A stretch of 64,000 bases of DNA from Zancudomyces culisetae HAW-14-8. Its lineage: Eukaryota > Fungi > Kickxellomycota. The translations under genes and the position numbers were made by a program. Of the stretch, positions 50,473 to 61,695 are shown piece after piece. The notes under the pieces are model-generated. The model searched no databases. It had not been told where the DNA came from and worked only from the letters and a program-made list of their open reading frames with translations. The stretch spans positions 62,001-126,000 of the forward strand of contig JBNJNM010000009.1 in the NCBI GenBank assembly GCA_052426225.1, read 5' to 3'. Each line of letters begins with the position of its first letter. Positions within the stretch are counted from its first letter, which is position 1.

Positions 50473-53400
50473 ATGGAAATGTACCAAGACAACAGAAGGG
50501 ATGTTGGCGACGGACCAGCTAGAACTTCACAAAAACAACAAAAACAACAACAGCAACAACAGCAACAACAACAACAGGGTGGTATGTATGGTACCGGTGG
50601 AGTTGCTAAAACGACAATAGGAGCACCAAAACTGATAAGTACAAAACTCAATGAAACCAAAGCAGAAGGAGAGATTCCAACAGTGTTCTTGGCCAAATTG
50701 ATGAAAAGCGGGTTCAATACCAAGGAATACTTGATGAGCACACTAGAACATGTTTCAGAAAAGAATATTCGGATCTTCCGCAAGTCTCTGGAGGACTCCA
50801 AAAAAGTGGCAGCGCGCAACTTGCAAAAGAGCATATATACAAACTACAAGGAGTTTATTGTGATTGGAAAGGAAATCATGCGGCTGGAAAAGGAGGCGCG
50901 GATGGTGCAGCAAATGATGGAGAAAATGGAGGCGCTTGGAGTCGGAGTGTACGGGGGAGGCGAAGGGGAAGAGGGAGAGGAACTAAGTGAGAGTGAAAAA
51001 CAGGCAGCCAAGGTGTTGCGACGCAAAACGGTACGGATGGTAGGGCAAGGGCAAGAGGAAATGGTGGAAAAGTACGTGGCGCAAATGTCAAAGCTGTTTA
51101 ATACAGTGGATGGAGCACAGAGGATGTTGCCATACTCGGCAGGCCGGCATATTGTAGGGGTGGTAAAAAAAATGGAGGAACTGAGTCCAGTGTCGTTCCG
51201 AACACGGCAGGCGGTACAGGTGGTGGTGCTGAACGATGCACTGTTGTTTGTGGCAATGCGCAAACGGGCCGAGTTTGCGAACCCGGTACTGGTGGCGGAC
51301 AAGTGTATGCGGCTGAATGAGTTGACAGTGGTACAGGTAGATGATACGTCGCAAGTGGTTAACGGAGTGAAGCTACTAAACCGAGCAGAGACGTATTTGT
51401 ATCGATTTCCAACAAGTAACAGCAAGAAAGAGTTTTTGGATCTTGTGGAAAAGGCGATAACAAACAGCGGCGGGTTGGTGCTGACGGCGTTTCAAGTGGC
51501 GGGAGATACGGATGGCGGGCGGAGTGGGAAGAAAGAGTTTCAAGAGATGTATTCAGTAGTAGAAAAGACGTGTTTGAAGCTAGACGTCCATATTATCCGA
51601 CGAGAATTGGATGCAGGAGTGTATCTGATGGAGGAACTTAAGCGGATGGTGGCAGAGTTTTCTAGCGAGATGCAGCGAGATGCAGAGGCCAAACGGATAG
51701 GAGAAGAGGTTCGAATCCGTGAAGAGGAGTTGGCTCGGATGATTACTGGCGATCTTGCGACAGCGTGTATGGGCAAGCGGGAGATAGGAGCCAAGATATG
51801 CTTGCTTGTACGAATAGGATGGCGCAGAGAGGCCAAAGAAGCCTTTCTGCAAGGCCGGAGTGCGACAATTAGACATCGTACCAGACAGCTTAGTATGGAG
51901 GGAAGTATTCGCACGTATATTCGCGAGCTGGCTGTGGTGAGTTTCCGGTTGATTCGGAATACTTGTGACTGGTACTCAGAGTTTATTGATGATGTGGAAA
52001 TGACGTCGGCGCTGATAGCCTGGGTGAGATCCGAGATGGCACGGTATGCGTCGATCTTTCGGCGGCAGGTTTTCCACAGTTTGCAGGAGTTCCAAGTCAT
52101 TGCATCGTGTATTCAGTATACTCTTGATGAGGTCGAAGTTCTTGGGAATGCTGGGCTGGATTTGCGGTTTATGCTGGAACAAGAGTTCTTTGGAGATTTG
52201 ACTCACTGTATTGAATTGTACGAACGACGTGCTATTAACGTGATGATAAAAACCATTTCCGACGATAGCTTTGATGTTATAGCTCATGTTCCTCTAAACG
52301 ACTCATCCAAACGCACGACTCGACTGCGTACAATGTTTGGCGAGACTCCCGGAGTGCCCTTGGTAAAGAGCATTGTACGGTTGGATGAGACTCTGTGTGA
52401 GTTTGCGCAGGAATTGATGTATATAGCCAAGGATTCATTATATGGTCAAGCGGTTTCTTCAATTTCGGCAATTATCGAAAATATTCTGAAGCAGTTTTTG
52501 ATTTCGTTGCGTAAAGGAAGTCGAGAAAAGGACCGAGACCAAATGTCATCCATGTCGATTCGTAAGGCTCTTGTTATTCTGGTTAGTACACAAGTAACCA
52601 TCAGTTGGATTATTCCCAAATGTGCAAAGACTCTGGACTCTGTCTTTAACCGCACTGTTACGGATATTTATAATCTCGAAACAAGATTGGAAGGTTTTCC
52701 TTCAACGCTACACGAAGTCTTTTGTCAACGAACAGCATTGGCTCTAGCTACTAATCACCTCATTGATGGAGGACTAAATCTTCCTATGTCTCAGCAAGTT
52801 GCGGCCAAAAAACACCACCCGAAACAAACCGGTAGTCCTATTGATTTATATGCGCATTTGTCCAGGAGTACTTCGACTTATTACAAGCCAACAAAATCGG
52901 CTGCTGATAAAAGGAGCAGTGGTGGTGCTGGTGGTAAAAATGCAAGTACAAATATTATTGATGTTGAAAACGATTACATTCCGCAGGGTAGTTACTTGAC
53001 GCCTACAGACAACATCAACGAGCTGATTGGTCAGTTGTCGACAATCAAGTCGTTGCTGACATCAGTCGATGATTATAAATGTCTTCCTACATCAACATTA
53101 CTGACGGGGTTGATTGACCATATGTTTTACAATTTGGTTGAGGAAAAACATTGGCCATCCATGAATGCGCCCAATCCTGCGTTTGGGTATATTGCAGTGC
53201 ACCAGTTGGTCCTTGATATCCATTATTTCCTAAAAGTTTGTTCAAAGTACATTTCCAAAAACGCAAACAAACTGGCGAATAAATACTGCGAAAAAGCTCT
53301 ACGTCTTTACTTTGTAATATCATCATCACCTTCCACTACCACTTCAACTACAACAACTACAACAACTACAACAAAGGATGAATTAGGTAATCCCAATATT

Positions 53401-53502
53401 ACTGGTGGCTCTGGTAATCCCAACAAAAACAAGAGCAAGGAAATGAAAGGCAAGAGTTGGTATGATGAATGTGTTGAAAAATCTCTATCATTTTCCTTGT
53501 AG
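50473..53502 (+). CDS. EXO84: Exocyst subunit EXO84
   Basis: Vps51/Exo84-type N-terminal LQKSIYTNYKEFIVIGKEIMRLE, PH-like domain, and Exo84_C-like LQGRS...GSIRTYI...GLDLRF. Confidence 0.9.
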   Translation: MEMYQDNRRDVGDGPARTSQKQQKQQQQQQQQQQQGGMYGTGGVAKTTIGAPKLISTKLNETKAEGEIPTVFLAKLMKSGFNTKEYLMSTLEHVSEKNIRIFRKSLEDSKKVAARNLQKSIYTNYKEFIVIGKEIMRLEKEARMVQQMMEKMEALGVGVYGGGEGEEGEELSESEKQAAKVLRRKTVRMVGQGQEEMVEKYVAQMSKLFNTVDGAQRMLPYSAGRHIVGVVKKMEELSPVSFRTRQAVQVVVLNDALLFVAMRKRAEFANPVLVADKCMRLNELTVVQVDDTSQVVNGVKLLNRAETYLYRFPTSNSKKEFLDLVEKAITNSGGLVLTAFQVAGDTDGGRSGKKEFQEMYSVVEKTCLKLDVHIIRRELDAGVYLMEELKRMVAEFSSEMQRDAEAKRIGEEVRIREEELARMITGDLATACMGKREIGAKICLLVRIGWRREAKEAFLQGRSATIRHRTRQLSMEGSIRTYIRELAVVSFRLIRNTCDWYSEFIDDVEMTSALIAWVRSEMARYASIFRRQVFHSLQEFQVIASCIQYTLDEVEVLGNAGLDLRFMLEQEFFGDLTHCIELYERRAINVMIKTISDDSFDVIAHVPLNDSSKRTTRLRTMFGETPGVPLVKSIVRLDETLCEFAQELMYIAKDSLYGQAVSSISAIIENILKQFLISLRKGSREKDRDQMSSMSIRKALVILVSTQVTISWIIPKCAKTLDSVFNRTVTDIYNLETRLEGFPSTLHEVFCQRTALALATNHLIDGGLNLPMSQQVAAKKHHPKQTGSPIDLYAHLSRSTSTYYKPTKSAADKRSSGGAGGKNASTNIIDVENDYIPQGSYLTPTDNINELIGQLSTIKSLLTSVDDYKCLPTSTLLTGLIDHMFYNLVEEKHWPSMNAPNPAFGYIAVHQLVLDIHYFLKVCSKYISKNANKLANKYCEKALRLYFVISSSPSTTTSTTTTTTTTTKDELGNPNITGGSGNPNKNKSKEMKGKSWYDECVEKSLSFSL

Positions 53503-53569
53503 TAAAATCCAAATATTTTATTTATTTATTTATTTACTTTTTTATTTATACTTTTAACTATTAATGAAA

Positions 53570-55213
53570 TTATAAACATTGATTCAATTCTGAAATAAAT
53601 CTAGTCTTGTCATTAGATTTCATTAACCCTTCACCAACCAAAACAGCATGAATCTTAATATTACTAGAATTAGATGTAGTATAAACCAACGCATCAGCTG
53701 GAGTAGTAATTCCACTCAATGCCATCAACAAAAGGTCGCCACTGTTAGCAACATCCGCAACTCCACCAAAAGCCGTAAGTGTAGTAGTCATATCAACATC
53801 AAAGCTATGTAGGTTGCGATTATTGACCCCAATCACACGCGCACCTGCCCCAACCGCCAGCTCTAACTCCTGGGCATTGTTGATTTCCACCAGCGGCTCC
53901 ATACCCAATTCCCGAGCATACACAACAAGGTCGCTCAACAACTCGAGTCCGTTATCAAGCTCAACAAACAACGTCACAATCAGCAGCACCGAATCCGCTC
54001 CATATACGCGTGCCTCCAGTACCTGGTATCGATCAAACAAAAAGTCCTTGCGCAACACCGCCGGCCGCACATCTTCGCCCAAACAATCCACCGTCTGACG
54101 CACCGTCTGCATATCAAACAACGACCCCTTAAACCACGTCGGCTCTGTAAGCACACTGATCCCCGACGCCCCAGCTGCCGCATACTCGCTTGCCACCCGT
54201 GCCGCCACCATCGACGTGTTTGCGTCGTTTCCTGGCCGCACAATCATTCCTTTGCTAGGAGATGCTCGCTTGATCTCCGCCACTACTGCCAGCTTGCCCG
54301 CTCGGTAGTCGCGCATTAGTCGTGCGTGGAAATCAATCTGTTTAAACAACACTGTGCCTCCCTGCTGCTTGTCCAGCTGAATCAGTTCCACAAAGTCACA
54401 CTCACGCTGTCCCAGCACTTGCTTGCTCTGTTCTACATCCTTCTTGCGCTGCTCGTATATCTCCATCAATATTGTCCGCTTCTTACCCGCACCCGATGTT
54501 GGTTTTGCCTGTTTTTGTTGTTCTTTTTCTTTTTGTTGTTCTTCTGTTTCCCACAACCCGCTACTCATCCCCAAAAACGTCTTGAGTGTTTCTATCCCAT
54601 TCTCCGAAAGAAAACTTTCGGGATGGTATTGTACTCCTTCTACTACATACTTCTTGTGTCTCACACCCATAACCACCTCCCTAACCTTTTCTTCGTTCCC
54701 ACTTTCTTTTCTCTTCTCATTCAGTAATGTACGGCTTGCCACCTCCAAACACTCTGGCAATGTATCCTCAACACACGCCAGCGAATGATACCGCGTTACC
54801 TGGAACCTCTTTTCTCCTCCCTCCCTCACCAACCCGGCATATATCCCCCTTCCATCATGCTCAATTTCCTCAACTTTGCCGTGCTTGATCGCATCGTGAC
54901 ACTTGTCCACCACTCCTCCGTAGTGTTCATACAGAATTTGCAGTCCCAGACAGATCCCCAGTACCGGCACTTTTCCCGCAAACCATTCCAGCGCCTCATA
55001 ACATACCCCAACCATTTCCGGTTGGCTTGGGTGTCCAGGTCCCGGAGACAAAATAAGGTGTGATATGTGTCCTGCTTCATATTGTGCTATTAATTCGGCT
55101 AGTGTGATCTGGTCATTCCGGATCACATGGACCTCTTTTGCCCCAGCTTTGTATAGATATTCGTATATGTTCCATGTAAAACTATCATAATTGTCTATAA
55201 TCACTACATCCAT
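53570..55213 (-). CDS. TRP3: Bifunctional anthranilate synthase component II / indole-3-glycerol phosphate synthase
   Basis: IDNYDSFTWN, SPGPG, GICLG, RYHSL, QYHPES (GATase); AEIKRASPSKG, SVLTEP, LRKDF, GVNNRNL, LVGEGLM (IGPS). Confidence 0.95.
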   Translation of the reverse strand: MDVVIIDNYDSFTWNIYEYLYKAGAKEVHVIRNDQITLAELIAQYEAGHISHLILSPGPGHPSQPEMVGVCYEALEWFAGKVPVLGICLGLQILYEHYGGVVDKCHDAIKHGKVEEIEHDGRGIYAGLVREGGEKRFQVTRYHSLACVEDTLPECLEVASRTLLNEKRKESGNEEKVREVVMGVRHKKYVVEGVQYHPESFLSENGIETLKTFLGMSSGLWETEEQQKEKEQQKQAKPTSGAGKKRTILMEIYEQRKKDVEQSKQVLGQRECDFVELIQLDKQQGGTVLFKQIDFHARLMRDYRAGKLAVVAEIKRASPSKGMIVRPGNDANTSMVAARVASEYAAAGASGISVLTEPTWFKGSLFDMQTVRQTVDCLGEDVRPAVLRKDFLFDRYQVLEARVYGADSVLLIVTLFVELDNGLELLSDLVVYARELGMEPLVEINNAQELELAVGAGARVIGVNNRNLHSFDVDMTTTLTAFGGVADVANSGDLLLMALSGITTPADALVYTTSNSSNIKIHAVLVGEGLMKSNDKTRFISELNQCL

Positions 55214-55993
55214 TTTGTCCTTAATTGTATATATATTTTTTGTTTATCCTCCTCTTTTTTATTTCTTTTACAGGATACTTGAGTTTTGTTGCTTTTATAT
55301 AAAATTAAAAAATAATCTGAAAAAAAAAATTATTAGATATAATATAACCAGTTAATTATTGTAAATCGTTATAGCCCTGCTTTTAAAACGTGATTTTTCT
55401 TCCCCCATTTTTTTTATTGTTTTTATTGTTTAAACTTGAAATTCGTTTTTACACCTTGTCTAAATTATTCATTAACCCCACTCCGCCAATTTTTATTTAT
55501 TTTACCCTTGGTATAATCTCGAGCCTTACTCCATCCCACCCACCCCCATTAAATTCTAGCATATATCGTTTATCCAAACACTGGTTACTAAACTCTAATT
55601 ATGACTGTTTGTTACAAACAGATCAAAAAAAAAATCAAAATAAACTAGTCATTCATTCTTTTACCTCTCTCTTTTCTTCTCTTGCACTTATTCTTGCTTT
55701 TTATATTATTTTAAAATATTACTCGTATTTATTTATAATGTGTCATTATTTTCCACCCAATAAAAACAGCGTTTGGCTATTTTCTCTCTTTTTTTGATTC
55801 ACTAAATATCCCTTTCCTCTCACTAATAGTTTTGTTTGCATCCTTTGGTTACAATAATAAAAATAATAATAATAATAAAAATAATAAAACCATCATTATA
55901 CCAATATAATACTATATTTACACCAGTTCCCGCTCGCTTCCCCTCCCCTTCCCCCCCCCCTAAATGAAAAAACAAATGGAAAAAAGAAAAAAA

Positions 55994-58900
55994 TCATGAT
56001 AATATAAATTCCACATCATCAATTGGCATCTGCTGCCTCAATATCCCCGTCAATATGAACTCGCTGTTGTAAATCTTCATCTCAACATCCATTCCATCGT
56101 TTCCTTCAACCTCAGCCATAACTCCCATCCTCTCTTCCGCCTGATTTTCAGTATTCTTTCTTTGGCTTTGTCTTTGCTTTGCAGTTTTGATCATTTTGGA
56201 CCATAACTGCTCATCAAGTTTAGAAGAAATCAGAACTATTTGCACACCACTATGGTTATCATCATTCTCTGCTCCATGCTCAGCAACAGAAGATCCCGTA
56301 GATGATACCACATTCACCTTACCACCACCGGACTCTATCAACCTTTTCAGTGTTGGAACATCAGGTTGAACATTTGGTGTCATATAAAACTCGGTGTTAG
56401 AAAACAACAACGGCGACATCTTATCATGCCCATCACTTGTGTCTGCCTTATTAAACGACCGAATACCAATAAACGCCTTACCAAACGACTCCTTAAAACT
56501 AAATTTGTACTTGGCCTCTGTCTGCATGTCGTTGATTCCGTATCCAACATCCCACCACCACAGCCGCGACACCGCTGATGACGTCAGATTCTTACTCTTG
56601 TGCAAATCAGACTGGTCTTCAGGGTTTACAGATTTGTTTTTCAAATGGTCACATGGAATGCCAACACTTTCCAAATGCTCAAGTAATTTGACCGGTGGCG
56701 CTTCAACCTCTAAATCAATAAACTCGCCCATCTCTATCGAATGTTTGAGCCATAACGGACTGGTAATAATCACTCTACCTGAACTCAGCGCCTCTAAAAA
56801 CTTCTGGGTCCGCTTGATACCCGTCGATATCAGATGGGTCGCCGCATCAACCGAACTTACTATTTCTCCCCCAAGCCTTTTGATCTGCCGCTCCTGTGTA
56901 ACAGTGGCCTTACCTTGTGTAAATAGAATTCTAGCTATTATTTTTGGTTTTTGGTTTTGTTTTTCTTCTATTCTTGCTCGCTTGGAATGACTTGGATTAT
57001 CTGTACTAGTATCTGCGATTACACTTTTCCTTGCTCTTCGATTCGACGTTGCTGATGTTTTTTTTGTTGAATTTTCAGCTGGATTTTTTGCTACCATGTT
57101 TTTGTTTTCATTTCTTCTCATTATACTATTGGTCATAGCTACCGAGTTTCTATCACTCTTAGATTTGTGCTTGTATTCACTTTCCTCATCACTACTGGTA
57201 TCTGGAATACTCTCTTCCCCCTCTTTTGTCCTATTTGCCTGCATATTATCTTCCTCCTCCTTTTCCTCTTTCTTTTCCTTTTCCCTCACCCTTTCCTGTT
57301 CCTTTTCCACTACTTTACCATCAACTTTCTCGCCTGTACTTTCTAGCTCTGCATTCTGTTCGTTCTCTTGTTGCAACAAACTCTGGTAAAGCTCAAATAT
57401 ATTTCTATCAACTCGGTATCCAAAGGATTGTGCCAAAAACATGTACATATAGACTCTGGCTATTTCGCTATTATCTACGTCTTGATAGCTTGTTGTTTTT
57501 GTTATTGTAGCATCTTCAGTTCTAACCATATATCGATCTCCATCTGCTATACACAGTTTTATACAACCAGAATCCTCGCGTTTATTCTTGTCTGCTGCAC
57601 TTGATATTATCTCTTCAAGCATTTTTTCCGCCTTGTCCTTACTGAAATCCCCACTTTCTTCAAACTCATCAAAATTGCTGTTATTATTACTCATACTCTT
57701 TGTAGATAAGCCATACGAAAAGACTAGTGACCTTGCAATACTCTCATGTCTCAATCCACACCCTTCATTTACTATGCGCTCCAAAGCAATGTGGCTGGCC
57801 GGTGGCCAAAAAGTAAAGTTTGGATGTGAAACCGAAAGCTCTCTAACCTCCACATACGATCGCTGCAACCATAGATGGTTTATAACGTGACAGTTGTACT
57901 CGCGTGATTTGCTGAATTTAATCTTTGTTGGGTCGCCTGCTATCAAATGTGTATGGTAATTGTTGGTCAGTTTTGGTGAATACGTTCCTCCCATTATCGA
58001 TATCAAGTTTTGCAAATACTTTCGCGACTCTGCTGAATATCCCGAAATCGCAATTACACTGCCACTATTTAAAATTGGTGCTGTGGGCTGGGGATAGTCA
58101 AACACTCGTTGTTCGGGTTGTACAAATCTCCCCTGCTGAACCACTTTTTCCAACCACACCAGTGTCCCTACCAACTTTCCGACTCTAACCGCCGCCTCAT
58201 AATCCAGCCCATATCTATACTGACAAACCAGCACATCAAGACTCCCAAACTGCTCCGCTTTCCACCCATAAATCGTCTTTTTATTTTCCTCCTTCTCCTC
58301 ATATTCAACCACTGGCTCAATAAACTCTCCTCCAGCCTCTGTCACTTTTCTCCTGATCTCATCAACCCCCTGTTGGTCCAATGATTTGTATTGGTGAAGA
58401 CTCAATCCTATTCTATATCCCTCCAATGCTCGCCTCGAATTGTTATCGCTTGCCATTGAACTGTCTCTAGTTTCAGATAATGCCTCTTGATTACCATGTC
58501 TTACATTTGTGTCTTGACCCACCACATGGCCTAGTTCTGCATTTATATCTCCCTCCCCATTATTCGCATTGTACATCTCTATATTCCTTCCAATCTGGTT
58601 AATCATTTTAAGAATAGGTGGATCTGGGAATAGATAGGGCCCTTCGTCCACTTTAACTCCTAGATTTATACTCTGCTCAAACCAATGCGGAAGCACCACT
58701 TTAATACCCCTTGTCTTTTCTTCTCTTATCGCCTGCTCATACTTGCTTCCAATCGCATCCATCACCACCAAATGCGTAACATCCTTTACCAATGTCTTCC
58801 GATACTGCCCTCCCAACGCCCTCACCCCACCATATAACGCTTCTCTGTCGCTATTTGGAATATGTGTCGCCGTTACCACTATTCCACTGAATATATGCTT

Positions 58901-59434
58901 TTCTCTATCGCTATTGTACCCTTCCTCGTTTTGTCTGATTCCAAATCTAGTGGTCTTTTCTACCCACTCTTCGGTGACTATTTTAATTCCAATCGCTTTG
59001 GCTCTTGTATATTCTGGAAAATATATATCTTTACTTATAATATGTGTGACCCTTTCTTCAACTGTACTATCTCCTTGCAGCCTTTCTACTCCATTCTTAT
59101 TATCTATACCACCTCCTAGCAAAGCAAATCTGTACACTTCATTCTCTAGCATTCTTGGAATTCCCATTGCAATCCCCCTTAATTTTTTGCTTTGTACTGA
59201 TTCGAAACCGTTTACATCATGTTCACCAACTGTCTCTGAGACCCCCTCCGCAACCTCATTCAGATTCCTACCGCTTGTGTTTAATTGTCGATTCCGTGAA
59301 TGTATTTGTACAGCACCGAGTTTTGCTAGCTGTTTTGCAAGATCCCGCTGAACCGCTTCGTCATAACTTGGATTCACCCAAAACCTAACATCTTTTAATA
59401 TTCCCTTTTCTTCGTTTACCACGTCTTCGGCCAT
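55994..59434 (-). CDS. Multi-BRCT DNA repair scaffold, RTT107/Brc1-like
   Basis: Repeated BRCT motifs (LGGQY...VTHLV...VVLPHWF; MGGTY...HTHLI; ATHLI...RTQKFL; LKRLIESGGG; C-terminal ILTGILRQ). Confidence 0.88.
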   Translation of the reverse strand: MAEDVVNEEKGILKDVRFWVNPSYDEAVQRDLAKQLAKLGAVQIHSRNRQLNTSGRNLNEVAEGVSETVGEHDVNGFESVQSKKLRGIAMGIPRMLENEVYRFALLGGGIDNKNGVERLQGDSTVEERVTHIISKDIYFPEYTRAKAIGIKIVTEEWVEKTTRFGIRQNEEGYNSDREKHIFSGIVVTATHIPNSDREALYGGVRALGGQYRKTLVKDVTHLVVMDAIGSKYEQAIREEKTRGIKVVLPHWFEQSINLGVKVDEGPYLFPDPPILKMINQIGRNIEMYNANNGEGDINAELGHVVGQDTNVRHGNQEALSETRDSSMASDNNSRRALEGYRIGLSLHQYKSLDQQGVDEIRRKVTEAGGEFIEPVVEYEEKEENKKTIYGWKAEQFGSLDVLVCQYRYGLDYEAAVRVGKLVGTLVWLEKVVQQGRFVQPEQRVFDYPQPTAPILNSGSVIAISGYSAESRKYLQNLISIMGGTYSPKLTNNYHTHLIAGDPTKIKFSKSREYNCHVINHLWLQRSYVEVRELSVSHPNFTFWPPASHIALERIVNEGCGLRHESIARSLVFSYGLSTKSMSNNNSNFDEFEESGDFSKDKAEKMLEEIISSAADKNKREDSGCIKLCIADGDRYMVRTEDATITKTTSYQDVDNSEIARVYMYMFLAQSFGYRVDRNIFELYQSLLQQENEQNAELESTGEKVDGKVVEKEQERVREKEKKEEKEEEDNMQANRTKEGEESIPDTSSDEESEYKHKSKSDRNSVAMTNSIMRRNENKNMVAKNPAENSTKKTSATSNRRARKSVIADTSTDNPSHSKRARIEEKQNQKPKIIARILFTQGKATVTQERQIKRLGGEIVSSVDAATHLISTGIKRTQKFLEALSSGRVIITSPLWLKHSIEMGEFIDLEVEAPPVKLLEHLESVGIPCDHLKNKSVNPEDQSDLHKSKNLTSSAVSRLWWWDVGYGINDMQTEAKYKFSFKESFGKAFIGIRSFNKADTSDGHDKMSPLLFSNTEFYMTPNVQPDVPTLKRLIESGGGKVNVVSSTGSSVAEHGAENDDNHSGVQIVLISSKLDEQLWSKMIKTAKQRQSQRKNTENQAEERMGVMAEVEGNDGMDVEMKIYNSEFILTGILRQQMPIDDVEFILS

Positions 59435-61695
59435 GATTGCTTTACCTTATAACTAGTATTTTCTTTTTTTCTTTTCCTCTTTTAACCTACATGAACTTTA
59501 TTGGGCTCTTTTTTTTTATTGTACAGGTAAAAAGCGTTTTATTGCCTTTTGCCTAATTTTATTTTTTCTCGGTTTTTTACTTGATTAAACTCTGGTATTT
59601 TTTGTTTTGATAAACAAAACAGTCAAACCAAATTTTACAATTTAAACTCAAATCGCAAATTAGTTTCCATGTTTTTTTTTTCTTTTTTGGTTCACTTTGT
59701 AATTCGTTATTACTCTCTTTTTTACAAAACTAAAACAAAGCTGGATGAATACACATTCCAGCGATATATCCTCAGGTTTCGAGAAAAAAACTTGTAGATG
59801 AAGAATGAGAAGGGTAAGAACAGCGGAAAGGGGGGGAGATAGGTTTGTATACATAATAACGAACCAATCCCTCTATACACAACCATATATTGGAACTAGA
59901 ATTGATAGGTTCCGTATTACCCAGTCCGTATAAAGTATTCAAGTGTTGTTTTAATAAATCGATGCTAGGTTCGGTATACCATACATAGCACACATAGGGC
60001 TTTTGATTAGCATAGATTTAGACTTTTATAATAACTTGTGAGCAAAATTCAATAGCCCACACACACACTCACAATCACTTCTTTTGGTATCCTGCAGTAC
60101 ATATCTACAACATTTTAATAGCAATATACATCCGCCTGATGCAGTTGGAATATATAATATAATGCGATATACTTTCTCTGGTTAAGTATCTGCAATGGTA
60201 AATATTGGTATTATCCATTACATGGTAGCATGAGGCGAGACAACAAACAATTTGAATACTTTGTTTATTTTTTTATCAACGTTCAAAGCTCCTAAAGCTT
60301 CAATTTATCATCTCTTCTCACTCATTTCTTTCCTTTCTCTCTTCTCATCTCTCTCCTGTACTTTTTATTTTCGTACTTCGGAAATTTTATTATTTCTCAG
60401 CCAAGAGATCTTGTCGGATGAAACAACATATACAAAAACTGTCAAGTGAAAATATAATTTTTCCTGCCTTTACCGTCCAATAAATATATCTACTGCAGAA
60501 TAATGACTATGTATATAATCACAGGCTTTAACTGAACGCCGAAAAAAAATACTGTATCCTCTATAGTTGTCCTTATTTCCGAGCTAAAGATCTTTAAAAT
60601 GTTAACCAACCGCTAACACTTTCTCCTCCAGAAATGTAAACTATACACCATAATAAAGTATTAAAAAAATTGGGTAAATCTTTTTTTTTTGTGTGTGAAG
60701 AACATTGATATTATTTTTAATTCATCCTAAAATATATTTTTGTGGGGCTAGAGGGGGGAAAAAATGCTAATTTTAGCTCACCACAAGTAACGGATATGGA
60801 AAAGTGTCAAAAACACTTTTCCCCCCTCTTCCTCCTCCTTCTTCTTCCTGTCTTTCTCATTCCCATACTCATTCTTTTTCTCTTCAATATCCATCTCGCG
60901 CTAGGATTGGTATGTACAAAAGACATTTATCATTTATTTACTCCTAATATACTCGTCTCGTTAGTAAAAATACAAACTTGGTAGAAATAAATTGACATTG
61001 GTTCTGTCTTTTTGAAAGCATTTCAGCAAGTGTTGTGTCAGCTGAAAAAAAAATTAAGGAATACTATCTTAAACTGATATCTTAATACGTCCATACAACC
61101 ACAGTACCCATTAATTGTTCAAAATGCAGTAATAACACAAGTTCCTCCTATTTTGCATCCGAATTTTCTATACCAACATTGAGTGGATGTTGTTTTTTTT
61201 TTTGGCACTAGTGTATGGACAGGTTGTTTAGGGTCAGAACAATAGTAAAGTTTATTGAGATTTTTGTTGCCAAAAGTTGATCAACAAGGCTTTGAAGAAG
61301 TCCCATGTAGTCTACCACATTGTTATATATGCTTATAAAAGTTATTTTCTGTTATATGTTTTGATTAAAACTGAAGTAGGTTTCCTCGATACCCAATTCA
61401 TTAAAGTAAAAATATAAGGCTCAATACAACTTTGGCCTAGCTTTCTAGTTTTTATATATATTTATATTTTACCCGAGACTTACTTTACCAAATTTATTAT
61501 ACAACTAATGTAAAGATAATTGATACTAGAAAACAACAGCGTCACAGATACCAGGTTATACATCAGGTTTTTTATTTAACCAGTGTATGCAACAACTATA
61601 CCATACTATCTGGGCGAGTAAACAGAGTAGAATTATAAAGAAATATAGCGAGGAAAAAAAACGAACAAGAAAACTTCTAGCACAGTGTTAATACA

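Noticed and set aside
59660-60984. Short ORFs between RTT107 and KRE6
   Set aside because: No recognisable motifs or splice structure; treated as intergenic.
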